Source of the DNA: Pseudomonadota bacterium
GTDB taxonomy: Bacteria; Pseudomonadota; Alphaproteobacteria; Caulobacterales; Caulobacteraceae
Direction of reading: 5' to 3'
DNA length: 64,000 nucleotides
NCBI GenBank assembly: GCA_023434265.1
Contig: JAEYTA010000202.1
Coordinates: 11,634-75,633, forward strand
Shown here piece by piece: positions 40,096-50,847 of the stretch (within the stretch, counting starts at the first letter, position 1; the number at the start of each line of letters is the position of its first letter). A model generated the notes under the pieces. The model was not told where the DNA came from, made no database searches, and saw only the letters and a program-made list of their open reading frames with translations. The position numbers and the translations under genes are program-made.

Positions 40096-40114
40096 GACTC
40101 GTTGATCACGAGTC
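40096..40114. promoter_or_regulatory. Hairpin/palindrome GACTCGT-TGATC-ACGAGTC carrying two GANTC sites upstream of ftsB
   Basis: Perfect 7-bp arms. GACTC (40096-40100) and GAGTC (40110-40114) are CcrM-type GANTC sites; a third, GATTC, lies at 40053-40057. ftsB starts at 40137. Confidence 0.45.
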
Positions 40115-40136
40115 CGCGCTCAGAAGGAGCGTCCGA

Positions 40137-40466
40137 GTGCCCGACCGGATGAAGCCCTACGTACCGTCCTGCGTCCTGCTGCTGCTGATCGCCTACCTCG
40201 GCGTGCAGGCCCTGACGGGTGAGCGCGGCCTGCTGGGCGGCGGCGAGCGCGAGGCCATGCTGCTGCGGCGCGAGGCCCAGCTGGCGCAGATTCTCGAGGA
40301 GCGGCGCGACCTCGAGGTGCGGGTGCGTTACCTGCGCACCGACAGCCTGTCGCGCGATCTGCTGGAGGAGCGGGCCCGGGCGGTGCTGGGCTTCAGCGAC
40401 CCGCGCGACTACGTCATCCGCGTCTCCCATCCGGTCTCCGAACGGGCCTCCGCCGCCAATTCGTGA
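40137..40466 (+). CDS. ftsB: Cell division protein FtsB (septum formation initiator family)
   Basis: GTG start 7 nt after GAAGGAG. Single TM (CVLLLLIAYLGVQAL), then a coiled coil, then LSRDLLEERARAVLGFSDPRDYVI. Conserved eno-ftsB-pdhA order. Confidence 0.85.
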   Translation: MPDRMKPYVPSCVLLLLIAYLGVQALTGERGLLGGGEREAMLLRREAQLAQILEERRDLEVRVRYLRTDSLSRDLLEERARAVLGFSDPRDYVIRVSHPVSERASAANS

Positions 40467-40582
40467 ACTTTAGTTACAGCGTCACCGGGCCGCTTTGCGT
40501 TTCGGGAACGAAGGCTGCTAAAGCCCCTTTCCGTAACGACAAGAGGCTCCGCCCGGCGGGGTCCAGCCGGGAGTGAAGACGG

Positions 40583-41611
40583 ATGGCGAAAGCCCCCGCC
40601 GCCAAAGCTGATTCCAGCAAGGCCAGGAGTATCCCCAACACGCCGCAGGCCTCCAAGGAGGACCTGCTGCGCTACTACCGCGAGATGGTTCTCATCCGCC
40701 GCTTCGAGGAGCGCGCGGGCCAGCTCTACGGCATGGGTCTGATCGGCGGCTTCTGCCACCTGTACATCGGCCAGGAGGCCGTGGCCGTGGGCGTGCAGGA
40801 GAGCGTCAGGCAGGGTCACGACAAGATCATCACCGGCTACCGCGACCACGGCCACATGCTGGCCGCCGGCATGGACCCCAAGGAGGTCATGGCCGAACTG
40901 ACCGGCCGCATCGGCGGTTCGTCCAAGGGCAAGGGCGGCTCGATGCACATGTTCGACGTGCCGACCGGCTTCTATGGCGGCCACGGCATCGTCGGGGCGC
41001 AGGTCGCTCTGGGCACCGGCCTGGCCTTCGCCGGCAAGTACCGCGGCGACGACAGCGTGGCCTTCGTCTACTTCGGCGACGGCGCGGCCAACCAGGGCCA
41101 GGTCTACGAGAGCTTCAACATGGCCCAGCTGTGGAAGCTGCCGGCCATCTACATCATCGAGAACAACCAGTACGCCATGGGCACCTCGATCGAGCGCGCC
41201 TCGTCGACGACCGAGCTGTACCAGCGCGGCGCCAGCTTCGGCATCCCCGGCGAGCAGGTCGACGGCATGGACGTGCTGGCGGTCAAGGACGCCACCGCCC
41301 GCGCCGTGAAGCGGGCGAGGGAAGGCGGCGGCCCCTTCATCCTCGAGGTGAAGACCTACCGCTACCGCGGCCACTCGATGTCGGACCCGGCCAAGTACCG
41401 CACCAAGGGGGAGGTCGACGAGGTCAAGAAGACCCGCGACCCGATCGAGCACGTGAAGATGCTGCTCGAGCAGGCCAAGGCCACCGAGGACGAGCTCAAG
41501 ACCATCGACAACGAAATCAAGGCGATCGTCGCCGAAGCCGTGCAGTTCGCACAGGAAAGCCCGGAGCCGGACCCGTCCGAGCTCTACACCGACGTCTACG
41601 TGGAGGCCTGA
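40583..41611 (+). CDS. pdhA: Pyruvate dehydrogenase E1 component subunit alpha
   Basis: FCHLYIGQEAV, TPP motif YFGDGAANQGQVYESFN, YRYRGHSMSDP. Confidence 0.97.
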   Translation: MAKAPAAKADSSKARSIPNTPQASKEDLLRYYREMVLIRRFEERAGQLYGMGLIGGFCHLYIGQEAVAVGVQESVRQGHDKIITGYRDHGHMLAAGMDPKEVMAELTGRIGGSSKGKGGSMHMFDVPTGFYGGHGIVGAQVALGTGLAFAGKYRGDDSVAFVYFGDGAANQGQVYESFNMAQLWKLPAIYIIENNQYAMGTSIERASSTTELYQRGASFGIPGEQVDGMDVLAVKDATARAVKRAREGGGPFILEVKTYRYRGHSMSDPAKYRTKGEVDEVKKTRDPIEHVKMLLEQAKATEDELKTIDNEIKAIVAEAVQFAQESPEPDPSELYTDVYVEA

Positions 41612-41614
41612 TCC

Positions 41615-42993
<1,379 letters not shown>

Positions 42994-42997
<4 letters not shown>

Positions 42998-43308
42998 GCG
43001 AACCCGATCAGTTCCAGCTGAAGACGCCCGACAGCGTCTCCGCCGATCCCGAGGCGGTCGAGTTCGCGCGCATGTGGTGGTCGAAGGGCGAGCCGGTGAT
43101 GTCGCTGAAGCCCGCCTTCAACGACCCGCGCCAGTTCGGCCAGATGCTGGCCATCGCCGCGAAGCACATGGCGCACGGCTACGCGGTGCGGCACGGTCAT
43201 GACGAGAAGCAGGCCTACAACCGCATCCTCGCCGGCGTGTCGGACATGCTGAACAGCGGCGCCAAGGTGCAGACCGTGGTCGAGGACAGGACGGGGGAGA
43301 CCCAATGA
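42994..43308 (+). CDS. Small conserved hypothetical protein (DUF5076-like) embedded in the PDH operon
   Basis: 104-aa ORF with ATGA overlaps on both sides (pdhB stop and pdhC start). The family label is from memory of similar alphaproteobacterial ORFs ([15 protein letters not shown]...[20 protein letters not shown]). Confidence 0.65.
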
Positions 43309-43532
43309 CCGACATCCTGATGCCGGCGCTGTCGCCGACCATGGAAGAGGGCGTCCTGGCCAAGTGGCACGTAAAGGCCGGCGACACGGTCAAGGCCGGC
43401 GACGTCATCGCCGAGATCGAGACCGACAAGGCGACCATGGAGGTCGAGGCCGTCGACGAGGGCGAGGTGGTCGAGATCCTCGTCGCCGAAGGAACCGAGG
43501 GGGTGAAAGTCAACACCCCGATCGCCCGGCTG
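43305..43532 (+). repeat. Lipoyl-domain DNA repeat, copy 2 (5' end of pdhC)
   Basis: See copy 1. A direct repeat 1.69 kb downstream, in the same reading phase relative to its gene start. Confidence 0.9.
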
Positions 43533-44588
43533 AAAGGGGAGGGCGGCGCGGCCGCCCCGACTCCCAGGGCCGAAGCCGCCAGGCCTGCTGCCGAACCGGC
43601 GAAGGCGGAGCCCGCGAAGGCTGAAGCCGCTCCGGCCGCGAAGGCCGACGCGCCCAAGGCGCCGGCCGCCCCGGCCAAAGCCGACGGCGGGCGGCTGTTC
43701 GCCTCGCCGCTGGCCCGCCGTCTGGCCGCCCAGGCCGGGCTGGACCTGAACGCCATCAAGGGCACCGGCCCGCACGGCCGCATCGTCCGCCGCGACGTCG
43801 AGGCCGCCGGGAAGGGCGGAGCCGCGGCGCCGGCCGGCGCGGTCGCGGGCGGGGAGCCGCGCAAGGTCCAGAGCCTGGCCCAGATGGGCATCCCGGACGG
43901 CACCTACGACCTCGTGCCGCTGGACGGCATGCGCAAGGCCATCGCGCGGCGCATGACCGAGTCGTTCCGCGACGTGCCGCACTTCCCGCTGACCATCGAC
44001 TGCGAGATCGACGGCCTGCTGGCGGCGCGGGCGAAGGTCAACGCGATGCTGGAGAAGGACGGGATCAAGGTCTCGGTCAACGACTTCGTCATCAAGGCCT
44101 CGGCCATGGCCCTGAAGGCCGTGCCGGAGGCCAACGCCAGCTATTCGCCGGAAGGCCTGGCCATGCACCACAACGCCGACGTGGCCATGGCCGTGGCCAT
44201 CGACGGCGGCCTGATCACCCCGATCATCCGCAAGGCCGAGACCAAGTCGCTGCGCGAGATCGCGACCGAGTCCAAGGACCTGGCCAGGCGCGCCCGCGAC
44301 CGCAAGCTGAAGCCCGAGGAGTTCCAGGGCGGCACCTTCTCGGTCTCGAACCTGGGCATGTTCGGCATCAAGTCGTTCGCCTCGATCATCAATGAGCCGC
44401 AGGGCGCGATCATGAGCGTCGGCGCGGGCGAGCAGCGGCCTGTCGCCAGGAACGGCCAGCTGGCCGTGGCGACGGTGATGAGCGTCACCCTGACCTGCGA
44501 TCACCGCGTCGTCGACGGCGCCGTCGGCGCCCGCTTCCTGCAGGTCTTCAAGGCCATGATCGAAGACCCGGTGACGATGCTGGCCTGA
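43305..44588 (+). CDS. pdhC: Dihydrolipoamide acetyltransferase, pyruvate dehydrogenase E2
   Basis: Lipoyl domain ([13 protein letters not shown]), E3-binding domain ([17 protein letters not shown]), catalytic domain with CDHRVVDGA. Confidence 0.97.
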   Translation: MTDILMPALSPTMEEGVLAKWHVKAGDTVKAGDVIAEIETDKATMEVEAVDEGEVVEILVAEGTEGVKVNTPIARLKGEGGAAAPTPRAEAARPAAEPAKAEPAKAEAAPAAKADAPKAPAAPAKADGGRLFASPLARRLAAQAGLDLNAIKGTGPHGRIVRRDVEAAGKGGAAAPAGAVAGGEPRKVQSLAQMGIPDGTYDLVPLDGMRKAIARRMTESFRDVPHFPLTIDCEIDGLLAARAKVNAMLEKDGIKVSVNDFVIKASAMALKAVPEANASYSPEGLAMHHNADVAMAVAIDGGLITPIIRKAETKSLREIATESKDLARRARDRKLKPEEFQGGTFSVSNLGMFGIKSFASIINEPQGAIMSVGAGEQRPVARNGQLAVATVMSVTLTCDHRVVDGAVGARFLQVFKAMIEDPVTMLA

Positions 44589-44611
44589 CGCGGCGCGAGC
44601 GGGGAGGGGGG

Positions 44612-45640
44612 ATGACGAGCGTGGGGGAGGCGCAGCCAGCCGGTCCGGCCTGTCTCGAGTGCGGCGAGGGCCTGGTCGGGCGCTTCTGCCACTCCTGCGG
44701 CGTGGACAACCAGCCGCCGCGCCTGCCGATGGGCGAACTGCTCGGCAACGCCGTGGCGGAGACCTTCAACCTCGAGGGACGAACCTTCCGCACGACCGAC
44801 GCGATGCTGCGCCGGCCGGGGGAGCTGCTGGTCGCCTTCCGCGAGGGCCGGGGGCATCGCTACACCACCCCGTTCAAGCTGTTCCTGATCGTCTCCGCCG
44901 CCTTCTTCGTCTTCCTGGTCTGGACCGACGTCGCCATCTACCAGTTCCTGCCGGTCCGCTCGGGCGAGGCCGCGATCCGCGCCGAACTGGTCCCGAACGG
45001 GGTCAGGCTGATCGGCGGCGCGCTGGAGGACGTCTTCCTGACGCCGCGAGCCGATGCGGCGACGGCGCAGGAGACCATCGCGGCGCTCGAGGCGGTTCGG
45101 CCCCGCGCCGACGCGACCCAGGCGCGGGCCATCGCCGACTTCATCCAGTACCAGCGCGCGTGGACCGATCTCAATTCCACTCTCGAGACGTGGCTGCCGC
45201 GGCTGCTCTGGCTGCTCATGCCGATCTACGGCCTGATGCTGTGGCCGCTGTTCGGCGCCAATCGCCGTCCGCTGGTCGAGCATTTCGTCTTCGCCCTGTG
45301 GGCGCATTCGATGATCTTCATCCTGCTCATGCTGTTCGCGGCGCTGAACTGGATCGGGCTGAGGATCAGCTTCTGGCTGCTGGCCATTCCGTACCTGGCC
45401 TATTTCACCCTCGCGGCCCGGCGCTACTACGACACCTCGGCCTTCGGGGCGGCGTGGCGGGGAGCGGCCCACCTGCTGGCCTTCTTCCTGCTGGCCTGGG
45501 CCCCGATCGCGCTCGGGGTGGCCTGGGCCAGCGCCTGGGACGATCTGCCGGCCAGCTTCTGGGCCGCCGAGACGAGCGGAAGTCTCGACACCATGGATCG
45601 CTGGGTCCTGCCGCCCTCCGGAGGAGACGCCGCGCCATGA
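44612..45640 (+). CDS. Zinc-ribbon membrane protein (DUF3667-like), paralog 1
   Basis: N-terminal CLECGEGLVGRFCHSCG zinc ribbon followed by several TM helices. Shares PFKLFLIVSAAFFVF and LWLLMPIYGLMLW...LVEHFVFALWAHS with the next gene. Confidence 0.75.
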   Translation: MTSVGEAQPAGPACLECGEGLVGRFCHSCGVDNQPPRLPMGELLGNAVAETFNLEGRTFRTTDAMLRRPGELLVAFREGRGHRYTTPFKLFLIVSAAFFVFLVWTDVAIYQFLPVRSGEAAIRAELVPNGVRLIGGALEDVFLTPRADAATAQETIAALEAVRPRADATQARAIADFIQYQRAWTDLNSTLETWLPRLLWLLMPIYGLMLWPLFGANRRPLVEHFVFALWAHSMIFILLMLFAALNWIGLRISFWLLAIPYLAYFTLAARRYYDTSAFGAAWRGAAHLLAFFLLAWAPIALGVAWASAWDDLPASFWAAETSGSLDTMDRWVLPPSGGDAAP

Positions 45641-46590
45641 CCGCGGCGGCGCCCGAAGGGCAGGATTGCGGACGGTGCGGAGTTCCACTGCAGGGACGCT
45701 GGTGTCACGACTGCGGCCACGACAGCCGGCCGCGGGCGCGCTCGGCCCGGGACCTGTTGGAGGACCTCCTCGACAACGTCTTCTCCTTCACCGCGGCCGT
45801 GCCGGCGACGGCGAAGGCGCTGCTGCTCCGCCCGTCGCTGATCCCGCGCGCCCAGATGGCCGGCGACAGCCGCATCCTGTCGCCGATGAAGCTGTACCTG
45901 ACCGCGTCGCTGGTCTTCTTCCTGTTTCTCGGCCTGTCCGGCGTGACCATCTTCCAGATTCACGTCGAGCGCACCGGAGAGCCCCACGTGGCCTTCGTCG
46001 GCGACAGCTACGAGGCGTCGGGCTTCCGGCTGGTCGACAACTGGTTGCGGCCGGCCAGCACCCATGAACCCGATCCGGCGGTGATCGCGGCCTTCGACCG
46101 CGCGCTGGCGACACCCGAGGCGCGGGCCGACGAGGTCGGCTCGGCGTTGTTCCGCTGGGCCCGCGTCGCCGCCTTCGACCCGACGACGGTCAACGAGCGC
46201 ATCGCGACCTGGGCCCCGCGCGCCCTGTGGCTGCTCATGCCGCTCCACGCCCTGCTGCTGTGGGGCCTTTACGCGCGCGGCCGCCTGCTGGTTGAACACC
46301 TGATCGTCGCCCTGTGGGCCCACGCGGTGCTGTTTCTGGCGCTGGTCGTCGGCGCGCTGTGGAACCTGACCGGGCTCGAGCGCGGTTTGGGCGTAGCCCT
46401 GCTGGTCTATCAGGCCTATCTGACGACCGGCCTGAAGGGCTTCTACGGCTCCTCGTGGCCATGGGCGTTAGCCAAGGCGCTCGTGCACACCCTGGCCTAC
46501 ATAGGCCTGATCTGGCTTCCCCTGACCGCGGGTTTCTTCCTGTGGCAGGGGCTGGAAATGCTACCTGCCGCGTACTGGCAACAGGATTGA
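45637..46590 (+). CDS. Zinc-ribbon membrane protein (DUF3667-like), paralog 2
   Basis: ATG 45637 overlaps the paralog-1 stop (ATGA). CGRCGVPLQGRWCHDCG, PMKLYLTASLVFFLF, LWLLMPLHALLLW...LVEHLIVALWAHA. lpdA starts 4 nt after its stop. Confidence 0.75.
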   Translation: MTAAAPEGQDCGRCGVPLQGRWCHDCGHDSRPRARSARDLLEDLLDNVFSFTAAVPATAKALLLRPSLIPRAQMAGDSRILSPMKLYLTASLVFFLFLGLSGVTIFQIHVERTGEPHVAFVGDSYEASGFRLVDNWLRPASTHEPDPAVIAAFDRALATPEARADEVGSALFRWARVAAFDPTTVNERIATWAPRALWLLMPLHALLLWGLYARGRLLVEHLIVALWAHAVLFLALVVGALWNLTGLERGLGVALLVYQAYLTTGLKGFYGSSWPWALAKALVHTLAYIGLIWLPLTAGFFLWQGLEMLPAAYWQQD

Positions 46591-46593
46591 GAC

Positions 46594-47997
46594 ATGGCTG
46601 AATTCGACCTCATCGTGATCGGCTCGGGCCCGGGCGGCTACGTCGCCGCCATCCGCGCCTCGCAACTCGGCCAGAAGGTCGCCATCGTGGAGCGGGAGAA
46701 CCTCGGCGGCATCTGCCTGAACTGGGGCTGCATCCCGACCAAGGCGTTGCTCAAGTCGGGCGAGAAGTACGAGAGCCTGTCGCACCTGAAGGACTACGGC
46801 CTGTCCGCCGAGAAGGTCGGTTTCGACTTCGACGCCATCATCCAGCGCTCGCGCGGGGTCGCGGCCCAGATGAACAAGGGCGTGGCCTTCCTGATGAAGA
46901 AGCACAAGGTCGAGGTGATCGAGGGCTCGGCGAAGCTGGAGAAGGGCAGGGATGCGCCGAAGGTGGTGGTGGCCCTGAAGGCCGGCGGCTCGCGCACGGT
47001 CGAGGCCAGGGCGGTGATGCTGGCGGTCGGCGCGCGGGCCCGGGCCCTTCCCCAGATCGGGCTCGAGGCCGACGGCGACCGCATCTGGGCCTACCGCGAG
47101 GCCTTGGCGCCGAAGCGGCTGCCGAAGTCGTTCGTGGTCATCGGTTCAGGCGCCATCGGCCTGGAATTCGCCAGCTTCTACCGCGCCTTGGGAGCGGACG
47201 TTACGGTCGTGGAAGCGGTCGACCGGATCATGCCGGTCGAGGACGAGGAGGTCTCCAAGGCGGCCCAGAAGGCGTTCGAGAAGCGCGGCATCAAGTTCCG
47301 GGTCGGGGCCAAGGTCACGAAGGTGTCGAAGGGCGGGCAGGGGGTGCAGATCGCCATCGAGGCCGGCGGCAGGGCCGAAACCCTCGAGGGCGAGGTGTGC
47401 ATCTCGGCGGTCGGCATCGCCGCCAACACCGACGGCATCGGGCTGGAGGCCCTCGGCGTCGAGATGGACCGGGGTCACATCAGGACGGGCGCGCACGGCG
47501 AGACCAACGTCAAGGGCCTGTACGCCATCGGCGACTGCGCCGGCGCGCCGTGGCTGGCGCACAAGGCCAGCCACGAAGGCATCCACGCCGCCGAGCACAT
47601 CGCCGGCTTCAGGACGCCGAACATCAACTCGCCGATCGCCGGCTGCACCTACACCCAGCCGCAGGTGGCCTCGGTCGGGGTCACGGAGCAGGCGGCGAAG
47701 GCCGCGGGCCGCGAGATCAAGGTCGGCCGCTTCCCGTTCCGGGTGAATGGCAAGGCCGTGGCCGCCGGCGAGGTCGAGGGTTTCGTCAAGACCATCTTCG
47801 ACGCGAAGACCGGCGCCCTCATCGGCGCCCACATGATCGGCGCGGAAGTCACGGAAATGATTCAGGGTTACGTCACCGCCATCACCATGGAGGCGACCGA
47901 GGAGGACATGCACGGCATCGTCTATCCGCACCCGACGATGAGCGAGGCCATGCACGAGGCGTCGCTCGACGCCTGGCAGCGGGTGCTGCACATCTGA
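46594..47997 (+). CDS. lpdA: Dihydrolipoyl dehydrogenase (E3)
   Basis: VIGSGPGGYVAA, redox-active disulfide GGICLNWGCIPTK, C-terminal HPTMSE. Confidence 0.97.
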   Translation: MAEFDLIVIGSGPGGYVAAIRASQLGQKVAIVERENLGGICLNWGCIPTKALLKSGEKYESLSHLKDYGLSAEKVGFDFDAIIQRSRGVAAQMNKGVAFLMKKHKVEVIEGSAKLEKGRDAPKVVVALKAGGSRTVEARAVMLAVGARARALPQIGLEADGDRIWAYREALAPKRLPKSFVVIGSGAIGLEFASFYRALGADVTVVEAVDRIMPVEDEEVSKAAQKAFEKRGIKFRVGAKVTKVSKGGQGVQIAIEAGGRAETLEGEVCISAVGIAANTDGIGLEALGVEMDRGHIRTGAHGETNVKGLYAIGDCAGAPWLAHKASHEGIHAAEHIAGFRTPNINSPIAGCTYTQPQVASVGVTEQAAKAAGREIKVGRFPFRVNGKAVAAGEVEGFVKTIFDAKTGALIGAHMIGAEVTEMIQGYVTAITMEATEEDMHGIVYPHPTMSEAMHEASLDAWQRVLHI

Positions 47998-48004
47998 CGG
48001 GCGG

Positions 48005-48337
48005 TCAGCCCTTCGGCGAAGCCGTCACCGGGCGGGCGCTCTGGGTGTATTCGACCGCCGAGGGGATCGAGCGCTCGCTGGCCTCGTAGATCACGCAGCG
48101 GCCACGGTAGTTGCGGCGGGCGCAGAGCTCCCACCCGCCGCGCTGCACGCGAATGGAGCGGATCGGCCACTGCAGGTCGAGATCGGGACGGGGGCCGGTC
48201 AGGGTGACGGACGGGCCGCGAAAGCCGATGTCGCGGTAGATGATGGCCAGCGGCTCGTCCGGCGGCGGCGCGCCCGCCGTCGTCGTCAGGGCCGCGGCAA
48301 GCACGGCCGCGAGCGGAAGGAGGAAGCATCGGTGCAT
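48005..48337 (-). CDS. Small secreted protein with a beta/gamma-crystallin-like Greek-key signature
   Basis: Signal peptide MHRCFLLPLAAVLAAALTTTAGA. IIYRDIGFRG matches Y/FxxxxFxG, followed by SIRV..GGWELC..RNYRGRC. GGGAGA SD sequence upstream. Confidence 0.6.
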   Translation of the reverse strand: MHRCFLLPLAAVLAAALTTTAGAPPPDEPLAIIYRDIGFRGPSVTLTGPRPDLDLQWPIRSIRVQRGGWELCARRNYRGRCVIYEASERSIPSAVEYTQSARPVTASPKG

Positions 48338-48463
48338 GCGAAATCTCCCGGAGCGGGGGCTGGGATACGCAACGGCCGATGATAGCGCAGCCGCCCCGTG
48401 CGGGCTATACCGCGAAGCGTCTAAGACATATTATGCGAAATCGTTGACCGGGCCCGGCGGGGC

Positions 48464-49333
48464 TCAGCGCTTCGGCGGCCGCTGCTGAAGGCGCGCCGCC
48501 AGGCTGGACGTGTCCCAGCGGGCGCCGCCCATGCTCTGGACCTCGGAATAAAACTGGTCGACCAGGGCGGTCACGGCCAGATGACTGCCATTGGCGCGCG
48601 CCTCGTCGAGAACGAGGCCGAGGTCCTTGCGCATCCAGTCGACGGCGAAGCCGAAGTCGAACTCGCCACGGGCCATCGTCTTCCAGCGGTTGTCCATCTG
48701 CCAGGACTGGGCCGCGCCCTGGGAGACGGCCTCATAGACGGCGTCGGTGTCGAGTCCGGCCACCTGGGCGAAATGCACGGCCTCGGCCAGCCCCTGGACG
48801 ACGCCGGCGATGCAGATCTGGTTGACCATCTTGGTCAGCTGGCCGGATCCGGCGGGCCCCATGTGCCGGATCGCCTTGGCGTAGGCGCGCAGCGCCGGCT
48901 CGGCGCGTTCCAGCGCCGCGGCGTCGCCGCCGGCCATGACGCTGAGCTGGCCTTTTTCGGCGCCGGCCTGTCCACCGGAGACGGGCGCATCGACGAAGGC
49001 GGCGCCCCGCTGCGCGGCCAGCGCCGCCATCTCGCGCGCCACCCTCGCCGAGGTGGTGGTGTGGTCGACGACCACGGCTCCGCTGTCGAGATGCGGCAGG
49101 GCCTCCGTCGCCACCTGGCGGACATCGTCGTCGTCGCCGACGCAGAGGATGAACAGATCGGCGCCGGCCACGGCCTCGGCCACGGTCGAGGCGAAGCGGC
49201 CGCCGGAGGCCTCGGCCCAGGCCCGCGCCTTGTCCGGCGAGCGGTTGAAGCCGGCGACCTCGTGTCCCGCCCGCACCAGATGGCGGGCCATGGGCGCGCC
49301 CATGACGCCGAGCCCCGCGAAGCCGATCCTCAT
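48464..49333 (-). CDS. NAD(P)-dependent oxidoreductase, 3-hydroxyisobutyrate dehydrogenase / 2-hydroxy-3-oxopropionate reductase family
   Basis: Internal ATG (49331-49333) of ORF 48464..49660. MRIGFAGLGVMGAPMARHL, DAPVSGG, GSGQLTKMVNQ. Confidence 0.88.
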   Translation of the reverse strand: MRIGFAGLGVMGAPMARHLVRAGHEVAGFNRSPDKARAWAEASGGRFASTVAEAVAGADLFILCVGDDDDVRQVATEALPHLDSGAVVVDHTTTSARVAREMAALAAQRGAAFVDAPVSGGQAGAEKGQLSVMAGGDAAALERAEPALRAYAKAIRHMGPAGSGQLTKMVNQICIAGVVQGLAEAVHFAQVAGLDTDAVYEAVSQGAAQSWQMDNRWKTMARGEFDFGFAVDWMRKDLGLVLDEARANGSHLAVTALVDQFYSEVQSMGGARWDTSSLAARLQQRPPKR

Positions 49334-49833
49334 CGTCCGTCCTCCAGTTGTCCGTAGCGGCCGCGCCAGAAGGTCAGGGCGTCGCCCTCCGCTGCCGAGA
49401 AGGCCTCGACGCGGCCGACGATGATCATGTGGTCGCCCATCTGGATGCGTTCGTGGGCGGCGCATTCGAAGCGGGCCAGCGCCTCCGGGAGGCACGGCGG
49501 CCCCTCCCCGCGACGTTCGAACTCGCCCTCGGCCAGCAGGGCCACGCCACGGGCGAAGCGCGCCGCCTTGGCCTGGTCCAGCGCCGGCAGGACGTGCACC
49601 GCGAACCGGTCGGCGGCGGCGAAGGCCGGCCACCGTTCGGAGCGCTCGTCGAGGCACCACAGGATCAGGCGCGGATCGAGCGACACCGAGGTGAAGGAGT
49701 TGACGGTCAGGCCCAGCGGCCCCTGCGCGCTGTCCGCCGTGACGACGCAGACGCCGGTGGCGAAGGCGCCGAGCGCCCGGCGGTAGGCCAGGGTTTCGGC
49801 GGACGGGTGCTCTGGCGGCGGTTCGAGGGTCAC
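49330..49833 (-). CDS. Flavin reductase family protein (HpaC-like)
   Basis: YRRALGAFATGVCVVT, LTVNSFTSVSLDPRLILWCL. ATGA-type overlap with the downstream dehydrogenase. Confidence 0.88.
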   Translation of the reverse strand: MTLEPPPEHPSAETLAYRRALGAFATGVCVVTADSAQGPLGLTVNSFTSVSLDPRLILWCLDERSERWPAFAAADRFAVHVLPALDQAKAARFARGVALLAEGEFERRGEGPPCLPEALARFECAAHERIQMGDHMIIVGRVEAFSAAEGDALTFWRGRYGQLEDGR

Positions 49834-49944
49834 GCCCCCGACCTACGGTCCCCCGCCCGCCGGGGCAAGCCGGACATGGGAAACGTCGCCTTAACGCCTC
49901 GCCGTCCAGGATCGGGACAGTATCCGCGCGAAGGCCCCTGCCCC

Positions 49945-50847
49945 ATGTCCATGAGCGATCGGCCGATCCTCATCAAGAAGGTCAAGAAGGTCGCAGGGCA
50001 CGGCCATCACGGCGGTGCCTGGAAGGTGGCCTACGCCGACTTCGTGACGGCGATGATGGCCTTCTTCCTGCTGATGTGGCTGATCAACACGACCGATCCG
50101 GAGCAGAAGCGGGGCATCGCGGAGTATTTCGCGCCGGCCAGCGTGTCGGAGTCGACGTCCGGTTCCGGCGGCATCCTCGGCGGCACCTCGCTCGGCGACG
50201 ACGGCTCCAAGGGCTCGGGCTCGATGTCCGTCATCACCCAGCTGGCCCCCGAGGCGCCGGAGGACGCGCCGCAGGAGGCCGGGCAGAACTCCAACCTCGC
50301 CGCCGCCAGCGAGGCCGAGCTGCGCGACGAGATCGCCCGGCGCGAAGCCGCCGACTTCGCCTCGGCCGCCGAATCGTTGCGCCAGGCGATGCAGTCGATG
50401 CCGGAACTGGCCGAGCTGTCGAAACAGCTGATCATCGACCAGACGCCCGAGGGACTGCGCATCCAGCTGGTCGACCAGGAAGGCCGGTCGATGTTCGAGA
50501 CCAACTCGGCCCGGCCCAATCCGCGCGCCCAGCTGCTGCTGCGGGCCATCTCGCGGGTGATCAACCAGCTGCCGAACCGCATCTCCATCACCGGCCACAC
50601 CTCGGCGGCGCCGGGGTCGAACCGGGCCAGCGGTCCGAACGACTGGAACCTGTCCTCGGCGCGGGCCAACGCCTCGCGGCTGGTCCTGCAGGGCGCGGGC
50701 GTCGATCCGGACCGGGTCTACCAGGTCTCGGGCAAGGCGGGGTCGGACCCGCTGTATCCGGACGACCCGACGCTGGCGGGCAACCGCCGGATCGCCATCG
50801 TGCTGCTGCGCGAGGCGCCGGTGCTGCCCACGGACACCAGCCTGTGA
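49945..50847 (+). CDS. motB: Flagellar motor stator protein MotB
   Basis: ATG 49945 in ORF 49348..50847. HHGGAWKVAYADFVTAMMAFFLLMWL is the plug/TM segment with the conserved Asp. C-terminal OmpA-like domain (ITGHTS..., NRRIAIVLL). Confidence 0.9.
   Translation: MSMSDRPILIKKVKKVAGHGHHGGAWKVAYADFVTAMMAFFLLMWLINTTDPEQKRGIAEYFAPASVSESTSGSGGILGGTSLGDDGSKGSGSMSVITQLAPEAPEDAPQEAGQNSNLAAASEAELRDEIARREAADFASAAESLRQAMQSMPELAELSKQLIIDQTPEGLRIQLVDQEGRSMFETNSARPNPRAQLLLRAISRVINQLPNRISITGHTSAAPGSNRASGPNDWNLSSARANASRLVLQGAGVDPDRVYQVSGKAGSDPLYPDDPTLAGNRRIAIVLLREAPVLPTDTSL

Noticed and set aside
49834-49944. Searched the motB upstream region, and all other spacers, for sigma-54 (TGGCAC-N5-TTGC), CtrA (TTAA-N7-TTAA) and alphaproteobacterial LexA (GTTC-N7-GTTC) sites
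   Set aside because: Only isolated half-sites were seen (for example a single TTAAC at 49885 and a single GTTC near 57279). TGGCAC occurs only inside coding sequence. None of these calls is supportable.
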